A stretch of DNA of 64,000 nucleotides, taken from assembly GCA_050953105.1 (NCBI GenBank), contig JBMNMA010000009.1, forward strand, positions 54,364 to 118,363, given 5' to 3'. How positions within the stretch are numbered: the first letter of the stretch is position 1; each line of letters starts with the position of its first letter. The DNA is from Eubacteriales bacterium. Lineage in GTDB: Bacteria > Bacillota > Clostridia > Oscillospirales > CAG-382. The notes under the pieces were generated by a model, which made no database searches, was not told the origin of the DNA, and saw only the letters and a program-made list of their open reading frames with translations. Position numbers and translations under genes: made by a program. Below, one piece after another: positions 8,808 through 18,855 of this stretch.

Positions 8808-9710
8808 ATGAATGACATAAATATCGATAAAGTTCATTTTTTAAGGGCAAACTGGTGCGACATTACGGTGCTTGAAAGCGAGGGCAAATACGCTCTTATT
8901 GATACCGGATTTAAAGGAAGCTTTTATACCATTGAAAACTTTCTCAAATCCCAAGGAGTGGACAAGCTGGAGTTTGTGTTTTTGTCCCATTTTCATTGCG
9001 ATCATTACGGCAGTGCGCTTAGAGTGCTTGAAAATTATAAAGTGGATAAATTTTACACAAAAGAGTATAAAGGGCTTGAGCACTTGGGATCCAGCGGCAA
9101 TGCCGAAGGAGAGGATTATTATATCGGCGAGCGCAACAATTACAATGAAATAATCGAAAAAGCAGCCGAAAAAAGCAGTATTTGCTACATAACACCCGAC
9201 CTTGAACCTATAACATTGGGAAACATAAAATTAACCGTTTTTATAAAGGAAAACAACCTTGAACGGCTTTATATGGATGAGGAAAGCCCTTTTAAGGGTA
9301 TAAAGAAATTCAGTGAAAACATTAACAGCACCATTATTTATGCCGAATTTACAAGCGGCGCCACCGCAGTTATTGCAGGGGACTATGTGGATATTATAAC
9401 AGGCTATGATCCGGTGGATATGTTAAATACCAAAACGGCGGAGGAAATTAGTCATAATGTAGATGTATATAAACTCCCCCATCACGCCTGCGGAGTGGGC
9501 GCAACGGAAAAAATAGCAAACATATATCGTCCCGACCATGTGGTTATGACCGTAGGCGAGGAGTATATGAATAACGGCCATCAGTTTTCGGACAATCTTA
9601 ATAACTTGCTTGCCGCAAACCCCGACGTTAAGTTTTATTATACCGCCAAAAACGGTTACTCCTTTTACATGAACGGAAAGGGAAATATTGCAGTTAAAGA
9701 GATTATATAA
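8808..9710 (+). CDS. MBL-fold metallo-hydrolase
   Basis: HxHxDH motif (LSHFHCDHYGS) and a later KLPHHA. Confidence 0.75.
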   Translation: MNDINIDKVHFLRANWCDITVLESEGKYALIDTGFKGSFYTIENFLKSQGVDKLEFVFLSHFHCDHYGSALRVLENYKVDKFYTKEYKGLEHLGSSGNAEGEDYYIGERNNYNEIIEKAAEKSSICYITPDLEPITLGNIKLTVFIKENNLERLYMDEESPFKGIKKFSENINSTIIYAEFTSGATAVIAGDYVDIITGYDPVDMLNTKTAEEISHNVDVYKLPHHACGVGATEKIANIYRPDHVVMTVGEEYMNNGHQFSDNLNNLLAANPDVKFYYTAKNGYSFYMNGKGNIAVKEII

Positions 9711-9763
9711 AAATTTGTTTTGTATATACATCTTAAAAACATTTTGTTTTAAGGAGATAGCTG

Positions 9764-10450
9764 GTGAAGAAATACTGGGCATATATTTCAAACGGACAAT
9801 ACTCGGTCGGAACAACAGGGCAAAGCGTTTTTTTATTTGATAAAGACGGAAAAAAACTTAATTGCTTTAAAGATATAATTTATGCCTACACCCCAATGTT
9901 TTCCCGGACGGGAAAATATTTGTTGTTAAATCAACAGACGGAAGACTTGCGGTTTATTCGTTAATAACCTGCTCTTTAATTAAGAAATTCAGATATTCTA
10001 AAGTGGACGGAGCACAGGATGACGGCTTTTGCTTTTCCCCCCGACGGCAGCTTTTTTATAAACATAGAACGTCATATTGATTCATTACACAATGCCATAA
10101 CAGTTTATCACAGCAAAGATTTTTCGATAGCATCACAGCTAATGCTTGATGATAACGTTAATGTTTGTGATATTGAATACGATTCCAAAACAGAAAATTA
10201 CTATGTTCTGGGGTTTAGAAGTGGTATGGAATCGAATGGTTATTTCGTCGGCAAGTACCGGAATAATGCTATAACAGACACTGTGGAAATAAGCGAAAGT
10301 GTATTTGATTTTCATAGAATATACTTAAGATTAAAAAGGATGGGCTTTACAGATAAAGCTTACGAATGGTCTTACTGCGACTGCGAACTTGAAAAACTTA
10401 AAAACCAAAACACCACTTTGTCTAATCTATATAATTCATATTCAAATTAA
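9764..10450 (+). pseudogene. Beta-propeller-like (SPDG repeat) hypothetical protein with two compensating frameshifts
   Basis: ORFs 9764..9964 and 10019..10450 share one frame. The 46 codons between them make sense only in another frame (PDGKIFVVKSTDGRLAVYSLITCSLIKKFRYSKVDGAQDDGFCFSP). The frame switches fall at C-runs 9903-9905 and 10037-10042. GTG start follows AAGGAG. Confidence 0.6.
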
Positions 10451-10507
10451 TAAAACTGTTATTAAAAACACTATCAGCAGATGCGATTAAATAAGGGAGA
10501 TAAGCAA

Positions 10508-11044
10508 ATGATATTATCAGATAAAACAATACTTAAAATGTTAGCAGACAAATCTTTAATTATTAAACCGCTGGATAAAGAGCAGATTCAGCCTGCAAGT
10601 GTGGACATTCGTTTGGGAAACACATTTGGCATTGTTGAGGATTCGCCAACAGGAATAATAAATTTAGAAAAGGAAATCAAGTATAAAACAATTACAAGCG
10701 ACACCTACATACTTTTACCCAACCAGTTTGTTCTTGCAACAACAATGGAATATATTGTTTTGCCAAACGATATAACAGCTTTTGTCGAGGGTAGAAGCTC
10801 CCTCGGACGAATGGGTTTATTTATTCAAAATGCAGGATGGGTTGACCCGGGTTTTAGGGGTGAAATTACTCTTGAACTTTTCAATGCAAACCGTTGTGCC
10901 ATAGAACTTAAAGCGGGCAGAAGAATCGGTCAGCTTGTTTTTGCTAAAATGGATGATACCGCTTTGAACCCCTACAACGGCAAATACCAAGGCCAAAAAG
11001 GCGCTACAGGCTCAAGAGTTTTTATGGATAATGAAAACATGTGA
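10508..11044 (+). CDS. dcd: dCTP deaminase
   Basis: [12 protein letters not shown]...[11 protein letters not shown]...[33 protein letters not shown] is a canonical Dcd pattern. ATG 10508 follows GGGAGA. Confidence 0.9.
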   Translation: MILSDKTILKMLADKSLIIKPLDKEQIQPASVDIRLGNTFGIVEDSPTGIINLEKEIKYKTITSDTYILLPNQFVLATTMEYIVLPNDITAFVEGRSSLGRMGLFIQNAGWVDPGFRGEITLELFNANRCAIELKAGRRIGQLVFAKMDDTALNPYNGKYQGQKGATGSRVFMDNENM

Positions 11045-11103
11045 TTTTATGTTAGTGTTACATAGGAAATGTTAAACTGAAATATAAATTCAAGGACAAC
11101 AAT

Positions 11104-12321
11104 ATGAAAAAGATAGCAATGTTTACAATGGGAACAAGAGGAGACGTTCAACCGTATATCTATCTTGCAAGGGCATTAAATAAAGCCGGGTGCGATGTTG
11201 TCCTGGGTTCTCATCCGTGCTGGAGAGAGTTGGTTGAACAGGCAGATGTGAAATTTGTGCCTATAGGTCCCGATATTGATATCGAAAAAGAAACCGCCTA
11301 CATAAGAGGGAGGTTTTCCAATCCTGCCATAAGCATGTTGAAAACAATGAACTTTGTTTTTAAAATAATTCAAAATTCCACAAAAGAGGTTTATAATACA
11401 TGCATCGGCAAGGACCTGATTATCGTTACCCACACTAAAATGGGGATTAGCGAAGCGGAGGCATTGGGAATACCCACCGTCAGCGTTACACTTCAAACAG
11501 AAATGATTCCACAGAAGCTGAAACCCCAGTCGTGGCTTAACAAAACGACAGGCAACATAATCGGCAGGATGGCCGTAAAACCTTTTAATAAAATAAGAAA
11601 AGAATACGGGTTGGAGAAACTGAAGCCTTCGGATGAAATTATATCGAAAAATTTAAACCTCATTCCCATTAGCCACTTTGTTAAGGAGCCAAGTCCCTAT
11701 TGGGAAAAGCAGCATATAATGACAGGGTATTGGTATGAAGACGAGCCCGATTATCAACCCGACGACAAGCTGAAAGAGTTTTTAAAAAACGGGGAAAAGC
11801 CAATAATTTTAGCCCTTGGCGCAATGGCTTTTGAAGATAAGTCGGAAAAAGAAAAGCTTGATATGTTTGTAAACGCCTTTAAAAGGACGGGTTGCCGTGC
11901 CGTTATTCAGGGTTTTCAAAAAACACTTAAAAACTATAATCTCCCCGACACAATGATAGCCTGCGGGCCGGTGCCCCACAGCTGGCTTTTTAAGCAGGGA
12001 TGCTTTGCAATACACCACTGCGGTTTCGGAACAACGGCAGCAACCTTAATTTACGCCATTCCCTCCATACCGGTTCCCCATATCCTTGACCAGATGGGTT
12101 TTGCCAAACAGCTTTATGACATTAACGTCGCCGCTAACCCTATTCCCGTAAAGTCTTTAAGCGAAGAAAAAATTATAAAAGCCATTGAAGAAATGAAATT
12201 GACATATAACGAAAAAAAGAAAAATGCCGATGAAATATCGTATAAAATCCGTGAAGAAAAAGGCCTTGAAAAAGCGGTTAGCGAAATTTTTGATATTTTA
12301 AACAACACCTTTATAGCATGA
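11104..12321 (+). CDS. Glycosyltransferase, UDP-glycosyltransferase (GT1/MGT-like) family
   Basis: N-terminal [19 protein letters not shown] and C-terminal [27 protein letters not shown] (UGT signature region). Confidence 0.8.
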   Translation: MKKIAMFTMGTRGDVQPYIYLARALNKAGCDVVLGSHPCWRELVEQADVKFVPIGPDIDIEKETAYIRGRFSNPAISMLKTMNFVFKIIQNSTKEVYNTCIGKDLIIVTHTKMGISEAEALGIPTVSVTLQTEMIPQKLKPQSWLNKTTGNIIGRMAVKPFNKIRKEYGLEKLKPSDEIISKNLNLIPISHFVKEPSPYWEKQHIMTGYWYEDEPDYQPDDKLKEFLKNGEKPIILALGAMAFEDKSEKEKLDMFVNAFKRTGCRAVIQGFQKTLKNYNLPDTMIACGPVPHSWLFKQGCFAIHHCGFGTTAATLIYAIPSIPVPHILDQMGFAKQLYDINVAANPIPVKSLSEEKIIKAIEEMKLTYNEKKKNADEISYKIREEKGLEKAVSEIFDILNNTFIA

Positions 12322-12349
12322 GATTAAGATAATTGAAAATAAAAACACA

Positions 12350-12374
12350 CCCCTGCGGTTTTTAATTGCAGGGG
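12350..12374. terminator. Bidirectional hairpin terminator between convergent genes
   Basis: CCCCTGC-11 nt loop-GCAGGGG, with A/T runs on both sides. Confidence 0.6.
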
Positions 12375-12399
12375 TGCAGCACTTATTGACTGTATATAA

Positions 12400-13161
12400 T
12401 TATTTACACAAAACACGGGCAAGAAATTCCCGGGTTCTTTCTTTTGTGGGGTTGTTAAATATAACCTCGGGGGTGTTATCTTCCTCAATCAATCCCTTAT
12501 CCATAAATACCACACGGTCGGAAACGTCTCTGGCAAAGCTCATTTCGTGGGTTACGACAAGCATTGTAAGACCGCTCTGGGCAAGGGACTTCATGACTGA
12601 CAGCACTTCACCCACCATTTCCGGGTCAAGGGCCGAAGTGGGCTCGTCAAATAAAATAACATCGGGTGACATTGAAAGGCTGCGGGCGATAGCCACACGC
12701 TGCTTCTGCCCGCCGGAAAGCTGGGCAGGCTTGGCGTTTATAAACTGCTTCATGCCCACCTTGTCAAGGTATTCCATGGCAATAGTCTTTGCCTCTTCCC
12801 GTGAGCGCTTTAATACCTTAACCTGACCGATGACACAGTTTTCAAGGGCATTCATGTTATTATACAGGTTGAACTGCTGGAAAACCATACCCACCCTGGC
12901 ACGGTAACGGTATATCGAGTCGATTTCGGTCTGAACATTTTTACCGTTGTAGAGGATTTCACCGGAGGTAGGAGTTTCAAGCAGGTTAATGCAGCGGAGC
13001 ATGGTGCTTTTGCCTGAACCCGAAGAACCGATTATGGATACAACCTCGCCCCGGTTGACAGTCAGGTTTATATCGGTAAGCACCTCATGATCCCCGAAAC
13101 ACTTGCGAAGATTGCGAAGCTCAATAACGGGGCCTGTGTAGCTATTATTCATGTCAGTCAT
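12400..13161 (-). CDS. Amino acid ABC transporter ATP-binding protein
   Basis: Walker [10 protein letters not shown], signature [13 protein letters not shown], Walker [12 protein letters not shown]. GlnQ/ArtP-like. Confidence 0.9.
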   Translation of the reverse strand: MTDMNNSYTGPVIELRNLRKCFGDHEVLTDINLTVNRGEVVSIIGSSGSGKSTMLRCINLLETPTSGEILYNGKNVQTEIDSIYRYRARVGMVFQQFNLYNNMNALENCVIGQVKVLKRSREEAKTIAMEYLDKVGMKQFINAKPAQLSGGQKQRVAIARSLSMSPDVILFDEPTSALDPEMVGEVLSVMKSLAQSGLTMLVVTHEMSFARDVSDRVVFMDKGLIEEDNTPEVIFNNPTKERTREFLARVLCK

Positions 13162-13930
13162 TGGGCACAGAACCCCCTTTGATATGTATTTCCGCCTCGG
13201 GTGCCGTCTGGGAACCGAAAATTACATAATGGTCATTACCAGCAAGCTTCTTTTCCACAAGACGCAGCAGCCGTGTTATGGTATAAGTCATTATGAAGTA
13301 AAGAACACAGATTATCAGATATGTCTGAAAAGTCTTGAAATTTTGCCGTTTGATAATTCCCGCAAAATAGTAAAGCTCGGTAACACCTATGACGTTAAGA
13401 ACCGAGGTGTCTTTGATGTTTATTACAAACTCATTGCTTACCGAGGGCAGGATGTTTCGCATAACCTGCGGAATTATAATATGGAACATGGTCTGCCAGT
13501 GGGTCATGCCTACGGCAGCCGCCCCTTCAAACTGTCCTTTGTCTATTGAAATAATACCGCCACGGACAATTTCCGCCATATACGCACCGGTGTTGATGGA
13601 AACAATGAAAATACCGGCCGGAACAGGGGGAAGCGTAACACCGCCGGAGGCAAAGGCATAGCCCCAGAAAATAACCATTGCCTGCACCATCATTGGTGTT
13701 CCACGGAAAATTTCAACGTAAATAGTAATCAAAGTTTTGACTATCTTTTGAATTACCCTGACAAACGCATTTTTTGATTTGGGTGAAATGCGGATTATTC
13801 CGGCAAGCAGCCCGATAATAAGGCCGATAACCGTACCGACAAGTGCTATTAACAGGGTAAACCCAACCCCGCGCAAAAGGGAAGGGTAATGCTCTGAAAT
13901 TATATTTGTAACATCACGTAAAAACTGCAT
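13154..13930 (-). CDS. Amino acid ABC transporter permease
   Basis: HisM/GlnP-type permease with the EAA-like segment ([29 protein letters not shown]). Overlaps neighbours by 8 and 1 nt (operon). Confidence 0.9.
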   Translation of the reverse strand: MQFLRDVTNIISEHYPSLLRGVGFTLLIALVGTVIGLIIGLLAGIIRISPKSKNAFVRVIQKIVKTLITIYVEIFRGTPMMVQAMVIFWGYAFASGGVTLPPVPAGIFIVSINTGAYMAEIVRGGIISIDKGQFEGAAAVGMTHWQTMFHIIIPQVMRNILPSVSNEFVINIKDTSVLNVIGVTELYYFAGIIKRQNFKTFQTYLIICVLYFIMTYTITRLLRLVEKKLAGNDHYVIFGSQTAPEAEIHIKGGSVPND

Positions 13931-14808
13931 TATTTTTTCTTATAGATGACCACAAGAGTGGACTCGTAGTAAACATCGGTAAAATCGATTTCTTCTTCAC
14001 GTTCGGCTGTGGGGCTCATACCAGCGATAATGGCGTCCACCGCACCAGAATTTAATGCGGGAATAAGGGAGTCCCATTCATAACTGTATATCTCAAGCTT
14101 CATGCCCAGCTTGTTGGCGATATACTGGGCGATTAGGACGTCGTAACCGATGGCATAATGTTCTGCACCCTCGTCATTGGCAATTCTTACGGCACCATAA
14201 GAATAATTTGAGGTTTCGGTCCAGTTATAGGGCTCGTAGGCGCATTCCATGCCCACTTTAAGAACGCCGTTGGTTGTTTCGGGAGGGGTAATGTCAAGGG
14301 AGTAAGAGGTAAGCTTTTCACCGGCACTCAGCTTTATCATTTCAAGCATAAGATTGTCACGAACCTCGTCGGTGATGGTTTTTAAAATTTCATTAATCTG
14401 CGCTCTGAGTCCGGAACCGGTTTTAAGACCCACTGCAATACCCACATCAGCGGCGGTAACTGTAAATCCGGTATCGTTATTCACCAAAGGCAGGTAGGCA
14501 AGGCTTGAGTCGCTTGCGCATACAGAACGGGCGGTGGGCTCCTCGGCTATGTACCCGTCAATGGTGCCGGCCTTGAGAGCGACCAGCATATCTGTAAACT
14601 CGGGATAGGTGCTGAGTTTAACATCAACAATTTGTTTAGCGGCATCTGCGTGGAAGGTGCCAGCCTGTGCGCCGATTTTCATGCCTTTAAGATCGGCTAT
14701 TGATTTGGCTTCGGTAATATCACCGGCTCCGCCGGCACCGGATACGCAGGAAACAAGGGTAAAAGCGAGCAAACATACGGTTAGAATGGCTGCAATCAGT
14801 TTTTTCAT
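13930..14808 (-). CDS. Amino acid ABC transporter substrate-binding lipoprotein (lobe order apparently circularly permuted)
   Basis: Lipobox LVSC. SBP_bac_3-like segments are present in swapped order: DLKGMKIGAQAGT...GIAVGLKTGS comes first, and LKVGMECAYEPYNW...WDSLIPALNSGAVDAIIAGMSPTAEREEEIDFTDVYY comes last. Confidence 0.8.
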   Translation of the reverse strand: MKKLIAAILTVCLLAFTLVSCVSGAGGAGDITEAKSIADLKGMKIGAQAGTFHADAAKQIVDVKLSTYPEFTDMLVALKAGTIDGYIAEEPTARSVCASDSSLAYLPLVNNDTGFTVTAADVGIAVGLKTGSGLRAQINEILKTITDEVRDNLMLEMIKLSAGEKLTSYSLDITPPETTNGVLKVGMECAYEPYNWTETSNYSYGAVRIANDEGAEHYAIGYDVLIAQYIANKLGMKLEIYSYEWDSLIPALNSGAVDAIIAGMSPTAEREEEIDFTDVYYESTLVVIYKKK

Positions 14809-14848
14809 AGTATTCTCCTCTTCTTAAATGTTGTCAAAAAATTATAAT

Positions 14849-14876
14849 AAAAAGCCGTGACATGGACTGTCACGGC
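14849..14876 (-). terminator. Riboswitch expression-platform terminator
   Basis: The minus strand reads GCCGTGAC agtccat GTCACGGC followed by TTTTT. The upstream CTGTCAC (14939-14945) can pair with GTGACAG in the 5' arm of the terminator, giving an alternative structure. Confidence 0.75.
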
Positions 14877-14938
14877 AATAAACACTAAAATCCCTTTATG
14901 TATCTTGTGAATTATTGCTATGATAGCGCTCCACATAA

Positions 14939-15082
14939 GTGACAGTCTGACGCATATTCTGCGCCACCCCAGCATCGGCGACCTCATTCAAATACACCGA
15001 GCTTCGGCGAAAATCCCTTTGGGCCGACGGTGAATGACCGTTTGTTCCGGCTTACTCTTGATTTCCGCACCTCTATCAATGC
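14939..15082 (-). promoter_or_regulatory. Lysine riboswitch (L-box) aptamer
   Basis: The minus strand reads GATAGAGGTGCGGAAATCAAGAGTAAGCCGG...GGCCCAAAGGGATTTTCGCCGAAGC...CTGGGGTGGCGCAGAATATGCGTCAGACTGTCAC. This matches the conserved L-box blocks as I recall them from B. subtilis lysC: GAGGTGCG, AAGAGTA.GCC, GGC.GAAAGG, CGCCGAAGC, CTGG, ACTGTCA. Confidence 0.8.
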
Positions 15083-15091
15083 TTTTTATGT

Positions 15092-15120
15092 ATGATATCA
15101 TACAAAGTAAATTATTTCAA
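15092..15120 (-). promoter_or_regulatory. Putative promoter of the L-box/ABC operon (TTGAAA-17-TATCAT)
   Basis: The minus strand reads TTGAAA taatttactttgtatga TATCAT, just upstream of the aptamer. Confidence 0.45.
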
Positions 15121-15290
15121 GTATCATGCAAAAATATTAAAAATTCAGCACTTTATACAAAAATATGGTTTGACTATCTGCCATTTGCAATGTTTTATAT
15201 TAAAAAGTATTATGCTATAATAAAAAATATGTCAGAGGAGCATATTGTGTTAAATTTGATTGCCGAATCTAATAAATTGTGTGAGAAAGC

Positions 15291-15716
15291 ATGATTACAT
15301 ATAACGAAACCAAAAAAGATTTGCCCGTGGACCAATTATATCGTCTGTTTTATCTGGCAGGCTGGACAGATACAGAGAGTTCTACCGACCCCGATATGTT
15401 AAAAAACTTTAATACTCCTTTTATTAACTCGACTTTGGTTATCTCTGCGTGGGACAGTAACCGTCTGGTGGGAGCTGTAAGAGTATTGAGCGATAAAGTA
15501 ATCCGTTCGGTAATTTATGACCTTGTGGTTGATACAGAGTACCGAAACCGTGGAATAGGAAAAGAACTAATTAAAAGGTGCAGGGTGCATTTTCCGTCTA
15601 CCGAATGGCTGGTTCAGACAAAAAAGCATATTGCACCGTTTTATGAAAACATGGGCTTTAAGCTTTATGATGACATAATTCTAACAATACCGTCTATATA
15701 TCAACATAGCGAATGA
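15291..15716 (+). CDS. GNAT family N-acetyltransferase
   Basis: Motif A region VVDTEYRNRGIGKELIKR, C-terminal FYENMGF. Confidence 0.8.
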   Translation: MITYNETKKDLPVDQLYRLFYLAGWTDTESSTDPDMLKNFNTPFINSTLVISAWDSNRLVGAVRVLSDKVIRSVIYDLVVDTEYRNRGIGKELIKRCRVHFPSTEWLVQTKKHIAPFYENMGFKLYDDIILTIPSIYQHSE

Positions 15717-15774
15717 ACTTAACTTATATCCGAAAACGACATATAAAAAGCTGTTATAATAAAGGAGTACCGGT

Positions 15775-16698
15775 ATGATAAGGGTAAGGTCATACGACAG
15801 CGAAAATGATTTTTTACTGATGCAAAATCTCATTAGAGAAAACTATTTAAATAGCGGCAGCAAACTATACCCAAGTCCGGCGGATTTAGATTATTGGCGG
15901 TATATTTATGATGAATCCCCCGACGGTGTCCGGGGGGCCAAATTGTGGTATGACGATAATGATGAAAGTCGCATTCTTGCCTTTGCCTGGATGAACGATG
16001 AAGCGGTGGATTTCGTTTGCCACTATCAGCATAAAGAACTGCTGAATGAAATAATCGAATGGTCCGAAGAAGAAAGATTAAACAATACAAGCGATGATAT
16101 AGTAAACCGGCTTTATATTTTCGACTGCGATATTGACGGCGAATTAACGGCAACGCAAAAGGGTTATCAAAAGAGCGTAATATTCAATTATTACGGTATG
16201 AGGAATCTTAAAGAGCCGGTCCCCAAAGCGATGTTACCTTATGGGTATATAATAAGAAGTCTAGAAACTGATAAGGATATACAAGGGCGGGCTGAGCTGA
16301 ACGGACTTGCCGGGAATGAGATAACATCTGATAAATATAAATACTTTATGAAACATGCGCTTAATTATAGCAAAGACCTTGACCTGATAGCGGTTTCTCA
16401 AAGCGGGGATATAGCCGGTTTTTGCACGGTCTGGTATGACAGCATCTGCAAAGTCGGTATGTTTGAACCCTATGCTGTTCACAGTGGTCATTTAAGAAAG
16501 GGAATTGGAAGAAGTCTTTTGCTGGAAGGTATGAGCAGGCTTTTGACACTTGGTTGTTCGGCCGTATATGTTACCCATGCCGGACTCGACTCGGATGAAA
16601 TCGACCCTGCTCTTGCATTGAATAAATCGGTGGGTTTCAAAAAGGTGGCAAATAATTATCTGTGGGTAAAACAGTTAAGACAGTTAAAAACGGAGTGA
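15775..16698 (+). CDS. GNAT family N-acetyltransferase (two-lobed, about 307 aa)
   Basis: C-terminal half reads AVHSGHLRKGIGRSLLLEGMSRL...SVGF. The N-terminal half looks like a degenerate GNAT-like lobe. Confidence 0.7.
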   Translation: MIRVRSYDSENDFLLMQNLIRENYLNSGSKLYPSPADLDYWRYIYDESPDGVRGAKLWYDDNDESRILAFAWMNDEAVDFVCHYQHKELLNEIIEWSEEERLNNTSDDIVNRLYIFDCDIDGELTATQKGYQKSVIFNYYGMRNLKEPVPKAMLPYGYIIRSLETDKDIQGRAELNGLAGNEITSDKYKYFMKHALNYSKDLDLIAVSQSGDIAGFCTVWYDSICKVGMFEPYAVHSGHLRKGIGRSLLLEGMSRLLTLGCSAVYVTHAGLDSDEIDPALALNKSVGFKKVANNYLWVKQLRQLKTE

Positions 16699-16702
16699 TA
16701 AA

Positions 16703-17197
16703 ATGGAACAAATAAGAAAGGTTAAATCCGGCGACGAAAAAAGTCTGGCTTATGTGCAAACCGAAAGCTGGAAAGAGGCATTTAAAGACATAGTGCCTGC
16801 CGATATACTTATAAAATGTACAGATATAGACCAAGCAACCTCAATGTATAAAAAGCTTATAGAAGAAAACAAGGGAAACGGTTACATATTGGAGCTGGAT
16901 GGTAAACCTCATTGCATTGCATGGTGGGACAAAGCCGGAGGTGAAAATATGGTGGCGTGTGCTGAACTTATTTGCATCCATTCACTTAAAGATAACCGGC
17001 ATAAAGGCCATGGAAGTCTGATGATGAAAAAAATACTTGATGATGTGAAAAAAGCGGGATATTCAAAAATTATTCTTTGGGTGTTTGAAAACAATCATAC
17101 AGCCATTAAGTTTTATGAATCACACGGCTTTGCATCCAGCGGCAGGAAACAGCCTGCTTTCGGCGCAGTAGAGGAAATGTATATTAAAACATTATAA
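16703..17197 (+). CDS. GNAT family N-acetyltransferase
   Basis: IHSLKDNRHKGHGSLMMKKILDDVKKAGYSKIILWVFENNHTAIKFYESHGF. Confidence 0.8.
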   Translation: MEQIRKVKSGDEKSLAYVQTESWKEAFKDIVPADILIKCTDIDQATSMYKKLIEENKGNGYILELDGKPHCIAWWDKAGGENMVACAELICIHSLKDNRHKGHGSLMMKKILDDVKKAGYSKIILWVFENNHTAIKFYESHGFASSGRKQPAFGAVEEMYIKTL

Positions 17198-17426
17198 TGA
17201 ATGTATATCCACAGACATATATTAAGTTGAAAATATGCTTTTGAAAAGTTTTACGCCTGAAATTCGGGGCGCTTGGATATGGCAAAAAAAGCATAACCTC
17301 ATCCGGAACAATAAAACTTGTCAAAAAATTGCATGTTTTATTCCGTTATATAAATTCTTTTTTTGCCCTCAGGTCGTATTGTAAAGCAAACGGCAATAAG
17401 TTAAAACGGTGAAAGAGGTGTATTAA

Positions 17427-18587
17427 ATGACAAAGAAGTTAAATGTCGTGGTGGTGGGCTTGGGATTCGGAGGAGCATTTGTCCCCATTTACAGACATCA
17501 CCCCAACGTGGCAAGTGTCGGACTTTATGATCCGAATACTTATCTCATGGATTTTTACACAAAAAGATACGGCTGCGATAAAATCTACAACAGCTTTGAA
17601 GAGGTTGTGGAAGACAAGTCGGTGGACGCAGTTCATCTTGTTTCCCCAATACCCTTTCATGAGGAACAGATACTTAAAGTTTTACAATCGGGCAAGCATT
17701 GCGCAAGCACCGTCCCCATGGCTTTGTCGCTGGACGGCTTACATAAAATCGTTAAACTAGTCAATAAGACGGGTAAAAACTACATGATGATGGAAACCGC
17801 AGTATATACCCGGCATTTCTTGCATGTCAGAGAAATGATTAAAAACGGCGAATTCGGAAGAATTCAGTTTTTGCGGGGCGCCCATTATCAGGATATGGAA
17901 CACTGGCCGGATTACTGGATGGGGCTACCTCCCATGTATTACGGCACCCATGCAATAGCACCGCTGGTTATTGCCGCCGAATCAAGAATCGTAAAAACCC
18001 ACTGCTTTGGATCCGGGGTGATGAGGGAAGAGCTGACCAAGCAATATAACAATCCATTCCCCATAGAATGCGCCATTTTTGAATTTGAAAACGGACTTAA
18101 GGGGGAAGTCACCAGGTCGTTGTTTTCCACGGCAAGAACCATAACCGAAAGCTTTAACATCTACGGCGAAAAGCGCACCTTTGAATGGCAGCAGATAGAA
18201 GAGGAAAATCCAGTCCTCTTTACATTGGGCGACAGCGTTCCCGGCCCCTGGGGCGGATTTTACAGAGGAAAGCCCTGTGCCTGTGAGCGGATAGAGCCAA
18301 AAAACCGTGATGATTTATTGCCTAAAGAAATAGCCAAATACACAGTCAGGGCAAAGTATCGTGATGTGTCCAACCCCGAAGTTGCTTTTGAGGAAGGCGG
18401 CGGACACGGCGGCTCCCACCCCCACCTGGTGCATGAATTTATATCCAGCATATTGGAAGAAAGAAAGCCTTTAATAAACGAGATTATTGCCGCCAACATA
18501 ACCGCAGCCGGCATTTGCGCTCATGAATCGGCAATGAACGGCGGTAAAGAAGTGATTATCCCGGATTTTGGCGATTTAGTTAACTAA
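17427..18587 (+). CDS. Gfo/Idh/MocA family oxidoreductase
   Basis: N-terminal Rossmann segment LNVVVVGLGFGGAF and the overall family-typical layout. SD AGAGGTG. Confidence 0.85.
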   Translation: MTKKLNVVVVGLGFGGAFVPIYRHHPNVASVGLYDPNTYLMDFYTKRYGCDKIYNSFEEVVEDKSVDAVHLVSPIPFHEEQILKVLQSGKHCASTVPMALSLDGLHKIVKLVNKTGKNYMMMETAVYTRHFLHVREMIKNGEFGRIQFLRGAHYQDMEHWPDYWMGLPPMYYGTHAIAPLVIAAESRIVKTHCFGSGVMREELTKQYNNPFPIECAIFEFENGLKGEVTRSLFSTARTITESFNIYGEKRTFEWQQIEEENPVLFTLGDSVPGPWGGFYRGKPCACERIEPKNRDDLLPKEIAKYTVRAKYRDVSNPEVAFEEGGGHGGSHPHLVHEFISSILEERKPLINEIIAANITAAGICAHESAMNGGKEVIIPDFGDLVN

Positions 18588-18598
18588 ACAAAACAAAG

Positions 18599-18630
18599 CC
18601 GGTCAGTGGATAACCCCAATGACCGGTTTG
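18599..18630 (+). terminator. Putative intrinsic terminator
   Basis: CCGGTCA...TGACCGG hairpin followed by TTTGATTT. Confidence 0.5.
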
Positions 18631-18855
18631 ATTTATGTATAAATATGGTATATAATCGAATTGTTAATATGCAATTAAAACTCAGACTGTGTTTTAATCT
18701 TTCCGTTCCACCATAAGCAAACCACAAAATTCTTCATAATCAGGTGCACCATCTTGATTATAAAAACCTTTTAGGGGCAATACAGACAGGATATTATACG
18801 AAATTAAAACACATAATTATAAAAAATTATGCTTTACGAAAGGTAATTTTTAAAG

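Noticed and set aside
12374-12826. 150-aa plus-strand ORF
   Set aside because: It is antisense to the ABC ATPase gene, which has Walker A/B and signature motifs.
14939-15082. T-box leader, my first reading because of GGGTGG and a terminator/antiterminator
   Set aside because: There is no ACCGCG T-box core and no specifier-loop architecture. The conserved blocks match the lysine riboswitch instead.
15034-15294. 86-aa plus-strand ORF
   Set aside because: It overlaps the L-box aptamer and its promoter on the opposite strand and has no SD. It is most likely spurious, although its 3' end abuts the GNAT start.
18690-18800. Possible minus-strand gene remnant (…PLKGFYNQDGAPDYEEFCGLLMVERKD*)
   Set aside because: It is short, has no start codon and has no recognisable family, so it cannot be supported from sequence alone.
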